A stretch of DNA of 64,000 nucleotides from Heterodontus francisci (lineage: Eukaryota). Below are positions 1 through 9,749 of the stretch, one piece after another. Where the stretch lies: the NCBI RefSeq assembly GCF_036365525.1, contig NC_090415.1, positions 11,222,001-11,286,000 of the forward strand, read 5' to 3'. Position 1 is the first letter of the stretch, and each line of letters begins with the position of its first letter. The notes under the pieces are model-generated. The model had not been told where the DNA came from and did not search any database. It saw nothing but the letters and a program-made list of their open reading frames with translations. The position numbers were made by a program, and so were the translations under genes.

Positions 1-496
1 GAGGTTTGTTCTCGGACGTGTTTATATTCGGCCCCTTTTCTGTATTTCCACAATAAAAGCTGATTTAACGCACATACATCAGTTCGCAGTCACTAATTTC
101 CCGAGTTCAAGTTTGACCTCAAAAATTAATAAGTACATTATCTCGAACCCCTGGTGGTGTCGGAACCCTCCGTCTCACACGCTGACAACTGACACTGAAA
201 ATCTACACTCCGCTGTTGTCTCCCACGAATAACAAACAATCGTTCATCAGTAATGCGGTATTATTATGAAAATTGACATGAAATGTGCCCGGTTGGAGAA
301 TGTTGTGAAAGAGACTTTCTGCTCGCTGGTTTCAAAAAGGACAGAGAGTAAACCCGAATAGATGTCAGAATGTAAAAGCCAATCTGGAACTTGTTACCAA
401 ATGTAGAATAACACAATGTGAAAAAGGTTTTATTTATTTAACCGTAAAAAAAGAACTATAAATATGATATTCTATATTGAAGTCGCCCCAATATAT

Positions 497-690
497 TGGC
501 GGGCTTTTCAAATTTGAAAAATCGGTTTCAGTCTGACAATTTGGCGCCGTTATTTTCCGCCCTCATCTCCTTGGCGTCTCCTGATTGGTGAATTCAGCAG
601 CTCTCCGATTGGTTACATGAAGAGCACAGAGCAGAGTGACCAATCAGCAGTGCCCACCACTCCATTCCTCCAGAAGGTACAAGGAGGAGG
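497..690 (+). promoter_or_regulatory. H2A promoter: E2F/CHR-like element, GC box, three CCAAT boxes
   Basis: TGGCGGGCTTTTCAAATTTGAA ~497-518, CCGCCC ~557, ATTGG ~584 and ~608, CCAAT ~640. TACAAG sits where a TATA box is expected. Conserved upstream of all three H2A genes. Confidence 0.7.
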
Positions 691-742
691 AATGTGGGCG
701 GATCTCAACATTCTTCGTGAAAGTGCTTGTGAGATTGTGGAA

Positions 743-1132
743 ATGTCTGGAAGAGGGAAGACCAGTGGTAAAGCTCGGTCCAAGGCCAAGTCCCGCTCCT
801 CCCGAGCTGGACTGCAGTTCCCGGTGGGCCGTGTTCACAGGTTCCTTAAAAAGGGCAACTATGCTGAGCGGGTGGGTGCCGGAGCCCCGGTCTATCTGGC
901 TGCTGTGCTCGAGTATCTGACAGCTGAAATCCTCGAGCTGGCCGGCAACGCGGCCCGGGACAACAAGAAGAGCCGTATCATCCCCAGACACCTGCAGCTG
1001 GCCGTCCGTAACGACGAGGAGCTCAACAGGCTGCTGGGAGGGGTGACCATCGCACAAGGCGGGGTGCTGCCTAATATCCAGGCCGTATTGCTGCCCAAGA
1101 AAACCAGCGCTCCGAGCACGAAGGGCAAGTGA
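743..1132 (+). CDS. H2A: Histone H2A, replication-dependent (copy 1)
   Basis: MSGRGK...AGLQFPVGR...VLLPKKT, 129 aa, intronless. True start is ATG 743, not the ORF start at 617. Followed by a stem-loop. Confidence 0.98.
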   Translation: MSGRGKTSGKARSKAKSRSSRAGLQFPVGRVHRFLKKGNYAERVGAGAPVYLAAVLEYLTAEILELAGNAARDNKKSRIIPRHLQLAVRNDEELNRLLGGVTIAQGGVLPNIQAVLLPKKTSAPSTKGK

Positions 1133-1162
1133 AGCTGCCAGACCTGAATTTGTCAACCCAAA

Positions 1163-1203
1163 GGCTCTTTTCAGAGCCACCCACTTCATCTGTGAAAGGG
1201 CTG
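1163..1203 (+). terminator. Histone 3' stem-loop plus purine-rich HDE
   Basis: GGCTCTTTTCAGAGCC-ACCCA at 1163-1183, then GAAAGGGCTG. Confidence 0.95.
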
Positions 1204-1559
1204 GTTACTGTCTGAGAGACGGTAATGTTATACTGTTCGCGTTATTTTGTGTTGGTATGAATTGTACTGGAGTCAAGCATTTATCTGCTCATCAGATGGA
1301 ATGCATTTTAATTTTCTCTTGCCATATTTGTAAGTCTTTTTTTTTACAATTCTACCGTTTATATACCACTAAGGCGTGTCTTGAGTTCTAAAATGAGCTA
1401 CTCTGATAAAATGTCTTGTATACAATGGTGTCGTTGCTCTCACACTGAGAACTGCAAGGTCCTGAAATTCCCAGCTACAATATGGAGACAAAGGAATCTG
1501 GGTCACTCTGCTTCAAGAGTTATCAGTGGACAGTAAAGAGGGTGGTCAAATCCTTCTGA

Positions 1560-1677
1560 GACGTTTATGTGCTGGAATCAACAAGAGATAACAGCTCTAT
1601 CTTTTGCCAATTTGATGTCTCTTTGAAGAGCCGTTGTGTTATCTGATGCCAAACTCACTTCCGGGCAGGGTCAGTTT
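1560..1677 (-). pseudogene. Orphan H3 3' UTR and decayed stem-loop; CDS missing
   Basis: Matches 27846-27964 up to the H3 stop position. Stem-loop decayed to gtctctttgaagagcc. Confidence 0.8.
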
Positions 1678-1711
1678 TTTTTTCAGGGCAGTTGTTTCAA
1701 AGAAGCTGTCG

Positions 1712-1915
1712 GCTGATTTTAAAAGAGATGTTGCGTTTCGTGTTTTATTTCTGTACATTGTGGAGATTTACAAGGAACTGGGATAATTCGTCAGTGTTTT
1801 TGTCCCTGCCAAGGCGGCGTGCTTGGAGAACTCCCCGGGCAGCAGCAGACCCATTGCGGTCGATATGTGTGTACACAAATCACAAGATCCAAATGATTGT
1901 AGACTGATGCCATCT
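1712..1915 (-). pseudogene. Histone H2B pseudogene fragment
   Basis: Minus strand reads TAMGLLLPGEFSKHAALAGTKTLTNYPSSL*, compared with H2[31 protein letters not shown]. Decayed stem-loop ~1712-1730. Confidence 0.85.
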
Positions 1916-2344
1916 CCTGGCTAAAAGTGAGTCATGCAAGAATATTCCCATTCCTTCAGAAATATCTGAAATTGGAGAGGAATAACATCGAGTGTGTTGG
2001 GGGTAGATCCAATCGAGACCCTGAAAACAGAATTGGATAATTATATCAAGAATAAAACAGAACTGCAGAGCAATGGAGAAAAGGCGGGTCGGTGGGAGGA
2101 GGTGAACTGGTCTTGCTGAGAGCCGGCCACGACACGACGGGCCGAATTATCAATTTAATAGAAACATAGAAAAATTGGAGCACGAGTAAACCATTCGGCC
2201 CTTCGAGCCTGCACCGCCAGTCAATATGATCATGGCTGAGCATCCAAACTAAGTACCCTGTTCTCGCTTTGTCCGCGTATCCTTTGATCCCTTTAGACAT
2301 AAGCGGCGACCGTTTTCGAACTAAAAGACACGCTTTAGTAGTAC

Positions 2345-2685
2345 ATAGAGTCAAAGAGAGATACAGCACTGAAACAGGCCCTTCGGCCCACCGAGTCTTT
2401 GTCGACCATCAACCATACTATTCCAACGCTAATCCCATATTCCGTACCACATTCCCACCTTCCCTCAATTCTCCTACCACCTCCCTGCACTAGGGACAAT
2501 TTACTAGGGACAATTTACGATGGCCAATTTACCTATCAACCTCCAAGTCTTTGGCTGTGGGAAGAAACCGGAGGACCCGGCGGAAACCCACGCGGTCACA
2601 GGGAGAACTTGCAAACTCCGCACAGGCAGGACCCAGAACTGAACCCGGGTCGCTGGAGCTGTGAGGTTGTGTTAATCACTGTGTA
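2345..2685 (-). mobile_element. tRNA-derived V-SINE (HE1-like)
   Basis: V-domain (gagtttgcaagttctccctg...gggtttcc) and CR1-like 3' tail gggccgaagggcctgtttcagtgctgt. Confidence 0.85.
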
Positions 2686-2784
2686 AGGTTAGAATTGTAA
2701 AAAGAGCCTTACACATATGACAAGAGTAAATTAAAATGCATTTCATCTGATCATCTAAATGCCCGAATCCAGTGCAACAAACTC

Positions 2785-2997
2785 TCATGAATTTATTTAA
2801 TAATTTGGCCTCAACTCTTTTCTGTGGTCGAGAATTCCACAGGTTCACCACTCCCTGGGTGAAGAAATCCCTCCTCATCTCAGTCCTAAATGTCTTACCC
2901 CTTATCCTTAGACTGTCACCCCTGGTCCTGGACTCCCCCACCATCAGGAACATCCTTCCTACATCTAGTCTGTCCAGTCCTGTTAGAATTTTGTCGG
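2785..2997 (-). mobile_element. CR1 LINE ORF2 3' fragment
   Basis: ORF track KILTGLDRLD...FFTQGVVNLWNS. Confidence 0.85.
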
Positions 2998-3153
2998 TTT
3001 CTCGGAGATGATGTAACCATTCCATGGTTCTATCCTCTCATGGGAACGTGAAGGTGCAGGTTGAAATGGTTGTGAAGCATTTCATCAATTACAGTTCAGT
3101 TCGAAAGACCTCTGGTGTGTATACTGTATAAATGACGACCCACATATGTGCCA

Positions 3154-3196
3154 GCGATGCTGGTATAGTGCTGAGTATATCTGCCTTCCAAACAAT
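3154..3196 (+). pseudogene. Truncated tRNA-Gly(TCC) pseudogene, 5' half
   Basis: gcgatgctggtatagtgctgagtatatctgccttccaaaca. Paralogue of 60277-60348, cut after the anticodon arm. Confidence 0.75.
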
Positions 3197-3359
3197 ATTA
3201 CAACAGGGACTGCGAGGATCTCCTGGCTCAGAGTGTTTAAGGGATACAGAGCGAGGCATCGGGAACTAACCCCTGAGAATCACAGCAAAGACTGTGTACA
3301 TGAGTACATTTAACAACTGGGAGCTGGAACTCTATTGTCACTGTAATTGTGTGTCCGGT

Positions 3360-3934
3360 GCAATCGCGGTACTTCCGTGCCTGTGTCTCTTGTTTAGAAT
3401 AAAATGATGAAGAGCGCCCTCCGACATTACTCTCATTGACCTCGGGTTTTACCCGGGTAAAACAACATTTTACTGGCTGAAATTAACTCTGCAAAGTCCC
3501 AGCAAACACACCGGATCCCTCAGTCTTCCCATGTTTCTGTCCGATTGTTTTGAGAGGAGAGGCTCAATAATAACAAACACCCTGCAGAGACAGATCACAA
3601 TTTGAACATCTACATTGGACTAGCTGCCAGTTTTATATGTTCCATGTTGCCCCACACCTCCCCTCCCTCCCTCCCTCCACCCTAACCCCATGTTCGGCTT
3701 TTCAAATCGGACATTGATGAATGTGAAATGGGGAAAGTTCCCATTGAATTTTGAATGTTGAATTGCTGCAGAGATCTGCGCACGCGCGATATAGGCCAGT
3801 CCAACTGGAGGTCAAAATGAGAAGGGCGCATGCGCACCCCTTCCCCCAGCACTGTCTCTGAGCGTCATTCACTGAGTGAGCGGACGATTGTTTAAATCAG
3901 CTGCAAATGGAGACATTACAAGCCTGGGGTAAGT
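3360..3934 (+). promoter_or_regulatory. Putative Pol II promoter and first exon (NRF1/ETS motifs, GTAAGT donor)
   Basis: ACTTCCG ~3371, TGCGCACGCGC ~3777, GCGCATGCGCA ~3826, ATG 3907, donor GTAAGT 3929. Homologous to 37560-37975. Confidence 0.55.
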
Positions 3935-4222
3935 GAACAAACAGTATCTGCTCACAGCAGTACAACAGATTTGGGCCCGTGTCTGCCGATGTGCTGATAG
4001 ATTAGCATTGATTACCGGGTACATTCAGCGGGAGTGGGGGACAGTTTGTAATGTACATTGTGGAGCAGGAACTGGTCCTGGAACATGGAGTGAGCTGGGG
4101 GGGGGGGGGGAAGGGAGAGGTCTTTCTCAGGCAGTGTCTGGACAGGGAGAGAGAGACAGAATATGATGAACTCACTATTGAAAATCATTGCTGATTTCTC
4201 TCTCCAAACAGTAATGAATGTT

Positions 4223-4358
4223 ATAATAAAAAGCAAAATACTGCGGATGCTGGAAATCTGAAATAAAAACAAGAAATGTTGTAAATACTCAGCAGGTCTG
4301 GCTGTATCTGTGGAGAGAGAAGCAGAGTTAACGTTTCAGGTCAGTGACCCTTCTTCAG
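4223..4358 (-). mobile_element. Short Penelope-derived terminal-repeat insertion with hammerhead core
   Basis: TSD cagtaatgaatgtt (4209-4222 / 4356-4369), empty site at ~13010. Similar to the Penelope end at 54860-54960. Confidence 0.8.
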
Positions 4359-5364
4359 TAATGAATGTTCCTGGTTCAGATCCAGTATCTCACTATTTAT
4401 TGTTATTGGATAGTGAATAGCAGAAAAAAATGTCTGAACAATAAAGATGCGGCAGATTTGAAAGGACCAGGTGAGAAGATTAAAGACACTTTTTTAAACA
4501 GTGCTTACTTGTTGTCCGTTGAACAATGGGACATGGAAATAGAAATCTGGCTTACGCAAATGTCGCTCCTCGATCGGGTATTCCAATTCATGGAGCAGTG
4601 CGGGGCTTGGGTTGTTTCTGAATGTCACAAAATTGTTATAAAACCGCTCCAAATACCTGGCAAGTAGAAGCAGAGTTCTGTAGTACTGCAGTGGACTCAG
4701 GCACTGACACTACTTGTGTTGTTAACTTTCCTTTTGTGATTGTTCAGAATGATTATTATTGAAAAGATTACTTTGATCACTTTTCTGTCTTCTCACTCAG
4801 CTGTTATTCAAGTATAAGAGTTGCCTTTCTTTTCCTGCAGGCAAACACTTGAAGGAACTAGAATGAAAGTCGTGATTCCTCGACAGAAGAAAACGTGCAT
4901 CCAGCTCGTTCCAATACACATTAGGTACAGTATCACTCACAAAGCACACTGACATGGTCAGGTCGTCATTTCCACTGTAACGAACAAAATAAGTAGTCAG
5001 ACCCAGACTGATTCCAAGGTCGAGAGACACATTATCAATCCAATAGTCAAATAGAGCAGTAGAGATAGGAGTTGTTTCGATTTCTCTCCAACTGATTGGT
5101 AGATACATCAATCACAGTCCAAAAACATACACATTATCAGATTTGAATACACTGTGTCACCTTGGCTACAATTCAAATATCAAATCTTAAACAGAACAGA
5201 CAAAATGTACCTGATTGAAAGCGACAGAATGAATCCCAATAACATACCCCACAATATAAACTGAGCTACAAATTACACAGCAGTCCAAACATGTCACTAA
5301 GGATCAGACAACAACATACACGATTAATTCATTCTCTACAAACCGATGGAATTTGACATTACAT

Positions 5365-5703
5365 AGTTAGTTAGTTGGAGATGCAGCACTGAAACAGGCC
5401 CTTCGGCCCATCGAGTCTGTGCCGACCATCAACCACCCATTTTTTACTAATCCTACATTACTACCACATCCCCACCTGTCCCTATATTTCCCTACCACCT
5501 ACCTATACTAGGGGCAATTTATAAAGACCAATTAACCTGGCAACCAGCAAGTCTTTGGCATGTGGGAGGAAACCGGAGCACCCGGAGGAAACCCACACAG
5601 ACACAGGGAGAACTTGCAAACTCCACACAGGCAGTACCCAGAATTGAACCCGGGTCGCTGGAGCTGTGAGGCTGCGGTGCTAACCACTGCGCCACTGTGC
5701 CGC
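5365..5703 (-). mobile_element. V-SINE (HE1-like), full length
   Basis: A box tggcgcagtggttag, B box ggttcaattc, V-domain, CR1-type tail. Absent from the paralogue at ~14373. Confidence 0.9.
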
Positions 5704-6284
5704 ACCAAATCAAGTCATGCTCTAAATTTGAAAGATCGTCATTCATAATTGCTTTTGCAGAGCTACAAATTGGATATCCAGCTGCAACTCACAAACAAGA
5801 ATTGAATAAAACCTACAGCAATAAAATATTGTTAATCCTTATTTTAAATTAAACACAACTAAACACATATTGATACATTAATGAGTTAAACAAAGCGTTG
5901 CCAACACAGTGCCTGCGATACACCTTAAGTCCTGAATACAGCAGAATCTCAACTCACATACAGCACAAAGGCACATAGATGCAGAGTGAATCCTCCAGTC
6001 AAACAGGGTGCCAGAGCCTCACAGATCAAGAATGAATCACGTATACAGACACAGTATCAGTAACTTACATATATTGAATGTGTCTATCCTGTGTGCACAG
6101 TAGAGATACTGGCAGATACAGAATGTCTGCCACACTTACATACTCCCCCATAGACAGAAACATCAGGAATGCATTCCAAACACACATTCAGTACCAGAGA
6201 CTGTCAAATTCAGAATAAACCCGACATTCACACACAGGACCAGAGACTGAAAGTCCTGAATGTGGCCCACATTCGTATACATAT

Positions 6285-8235
6285 CCTTAACCCTTATCCA
6301 ATAGGTATGAGCTTCTTGCTCCCTGTGTGGACGAGGGCACAGGCTGCAGGGAGGATGAGCCAACTGTCCACAGCACCGTGGTTCAGAGCGCTATTCAAGT
6401 GGGGGGATGAGTAATCGGGGATTGCAGATTTAGGGGAATAGATTCCATTCTCTGCATCAATAACAGGGAGTCCCAAAGGCTGTGTTGCCGACCTGGTGCC
6501 AAGATTAATGACATCTCTTCTTGACGGGAGAGTAACTTGTGTGGGAGGGGAAGGATCCAGCTGTCTTGGTCCACATAGGTAGAACAAGGAATCCGGTTCT
6601 GCTCAGGGCCTATGAGCAGCTCGGGGCTAAATTAAAAAGCAGAACCAGAAAGGTAATACTCTCCAGAATGCTACCAGAGCAACGTGCAAATTGGTGTAGG
6701 GTAAATCAGATTATAGAGGTAAACGTATGGCTCAAAGATTGGTGTGGGAGAAACAGGTTCCAATTCCTGGGGCACTGGCACCAGTACTGGGAAAGGAGAG
6801 AGCTGTTCCACTGGGACAGGCTTCATTTGGACCATGCTGGGACCAATGTCCTGGCGAATCATATAACTAGGTTGTAGATAGGGCGTTAAATTTATTAATG
6901 TGGGGTGGGGGGTGGCGTTCAATTGAAGGGAAGTTTAAAAAATCAAAAAGGAACGAGAGAACAAAGGTACAGAGTAGTGAAGAGGCAAATGGTAGTCAAA
7001 GTATGACAGGAAGGTGCAGCTAATATAAGCAGCAGAGTTCAGCAGAAATTAGAACCAGAATGAATAATAATGATAAAAAGTCAAAGCCTCTTTATCTGAA
7101 TGAACACAGCATTTGTAACAAGATAGATCAGTTGGCGGCACAAATAGAAATAAATGAATGTGACTTGATAGCTATTACAGAGACGCAGTTGCAGGGTGAC
7201 CAAGACTGGAAACTCAATATTCAAGGGTATACAATGTTCTGGAAAAATAGGCAAAAAGGAAAAGGAGGTGGGGTAACTTTGTTAATAAAGGAAGGTATCA
7301 GTGCGGTGTTGAGTAGTGAATTAGGTGCAATAGATCATGATGTGGAATCGGTTTGGGTGGAAATAAGGAATAGCAAATGGAAGAAGTCACGGGTGGGAGT
7401 CATCCCGAAGAGCTGTCTCACAGAAGGACAAAGTATAAATCAGGAAATAATGGAGCCGTGTAAGAAGGGTGCTACAATAGTCACGAATGATTTTAATCTG
7501 CATATTGACTGGACAAATCAGATTGGCAGAGGTAACATGGAAGGTGAATTTGTAGAGTACATCAGGGACTGTTACTTCGATCAATACATTGCAGAACATA
7601 CCCAGGAACAGGCTATTTTGGATCTAGTAATGTGTAATGTGATAGGATTAACAAGAGATATTGTAGTTAAGGATCCTCTATGGGGTAGCAATCACAACAT
7701 GGTAGAATTTCAAATTCAGTTTGAGGCGAGCAACTCGGGTCTCAAACCAGTGTCCTCAACTTAAACAAGGGTAATTGCTGTGGTATGAAGAAAGAGTTGT
7801 CTAAAGTGGGCTGGGAAAATGGACTAAGGGGAAGGTCAGTGGATGAGCAGTGGCAGACATTTCAACAGATATTTCATAATGCTGAGCAAAAATTTATCCC
7901 AGTCAAAAAGAGAAGGATGAACCATCTGTGGTTAATAAATGCTGCCAAGGAGAATATCCAATCAAAAACGAAGGCATACCAAGAGGCAAAAACTAGTGGT
8001 GGGCCAGGGGATTGGGAATATTTTAGGAATCAGCAACGGATTACTAAAAAGTGAATAAAGAGGGGGAACATTGATTCTGACAGTAAATTGGCAAGAAATA
8101 TATAAACAAACAGCGAGAGCTTCTCCGGGTATATAAAAAGAACGATAGTAGCTAAAGTGAGTGAGGGGACCTCAGAGGATGCAACTGGAGAACTGATAAT
8201 GGGGAACAGGGAAATGGCAAATAATTTATACCAAT
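6285..8235 (+). mobile_element. Decayed CR1 LINE: ORF1 SGNH-esterase-like region and ORF2 AP-endonuclease
   Basis: VHIG...VILS...VNVWLKDWC...WDRLHL (6539-6877); LIAITET...VESVWVEI...DFN...ILDLV...SNHNMV (7060-7764). Confidence 0.9.
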
Positions 8236-8239
8236 ATTT

Positions 8240-9740
8240 TGCCTTGGTCTTCACACATTACACATACTCACATAGCAGACGTTGATTGCTGCAGAAAAAG
8301 GAAATGAGCACACAGACACCTATAAGGAACTGTAAGACACAGATAACAACACAAACCTACAGACCAGAAATCGAAAGATTCAGAGAAAAAAAAACCCATA
8401 TCACACACTAGAGTTTGAAAGATACAGAATAAACCCACACTGTCATACCTTAACTTTACAGTTACAAATTAAAACTGAGACTCCCATACCAGAAACCAAC
8501 AGGTGCAAAGTGAAACTCTGTCAAGTAACAGCAACTGACAGGTACAGATCAAAAACCAGATTCATATCACAGAAAATAACAGGTGCAGAATAAAACAACA
8601 GTCACACATCAGAATCTGGCAGGTCGAGAAATAAACCACCTTACTTTACCATAAACTGCCAGGTATAGACTAAAACAGATATTCATTTACTATCAATGGA
8701 CAGGGACAGATCTAATCCTTCATTCACTTAACAGAAGCAAAAAGGTATAGGATAAAGAATGTACTCAAATTCCAAAGATTGAAAGATCCAGAATAAACCC
8801 ACATTCACATACCAGAAACTGACAGGAAAAGATTGAAATCTTCACACATTTCAGAAAGTAACTGGTACAGAATAAATGCCTCCCTCACATGTGAGAAACT
8901 GGTAGATACAGGTTGAAACACAGACTCACACACTAGAAGCCAAAAGGTACAGATTAAAATCTCCATTCACATATCAGAAATTAGGAGATGAAGTATAAAA
9001 ACCACACTTAACTACCAGAGACTGACAGACACAGAGTGAAATCCATAGTGAATTGTAAGAAATTTACAGTTAGAGAGGGAAAGTCTGTGATGCATAACAG
9101 AGAGTGACAGGTACAAAGAAAACCTGACAATTGGCACTTCAGACACTGACAAATACAGAGCAAAACATACGCATAAGGAAGAAGATTCATATACCAGATA
9201 CTGACAGATACCGACTAAAACTCGCACACAGGTAAAAGAAACTGAGAGGTTCAGAATAAAATTGGCAGTCACATACCAGAGAATGACATGTACAAATTAA
9301 ACCTCAGAGCCATATGTCAGAAACTGGCATGTAGAGATTAAAAATCACATTCACATCCGAGACAATGTAGAGATGTGGTGAAAAATCCACAATCAAAAAC
9401 CAGAATGTACCCCTTACTCTTGCAACAGATATTGACAGCGACAGGATAAAAACCACAGCAACACATTAGAAATTTAAGGGCACAGGTTAAACCTTAAATT
9501 GGCCTAACTGGACACTCAAAGATGAAGTGTGAACCCCCACTCATATTCCCAAGAATGGAATATTAACGGTCAAATCCACACTCACATATTCTGAACTCAT
9601 GGGGACAAAGTACAAGCCAGACACACAGACTCAGCAAAATCTGAAAGATACAGAATAAGACAGTTCTCACATAAAACAGGTACAGATATACTCACACTCA
9701 AAATCAGAAACTGACAGAGATAAATTGTAGACTAGGGAAT
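8240..9740 (+). repeat. Degenerate ~40-bp tandem array
   Basis: Unit ~cacataccagaaactgacaggtacagaataaaaccacact. AGGT/AGG core recurs at ~8501, 8540, 8581, 8621, 8661, 8702. Confidence 0.85.
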
Positions 9741-9749
9741 TGAGACGTA

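Larger units (their letters stand above)
4025..8235 (+). repeat. Segmental duplication unit (paralogue 12833-18745)
   Basis: Colinear similarity from ttcagcgggagtggggg to gtcttcaca. The two copies carry different insertions. Confidence 0.85.

Noticed and set aside
617-742. N-terminal extensions of the H2A, H1 and H2B ORFs in the track
   Set aside because: They run through promoter elements (CCAAT/TATA region); the canonical ATGs lie downstream.
644-1189. Long antisense ORFs over histone genes (also 26951, 27864, 31560, 56420)
   Set aside because: By-products of histone codon bias; no independent signals.
5630-5703. tRNA-like heads with A/B boxes in the SINE copies
   Set aside because: Part of V-SINEs, not tRNA genes.
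8240-9740. 40-bp array as a CRISPR array or C2H2 zinc-finger repeats
   Set aside because: No constant repeat with unique spacers, eukaryotic context, period is not 84 bp, and no CxxC/HxxxH frame.
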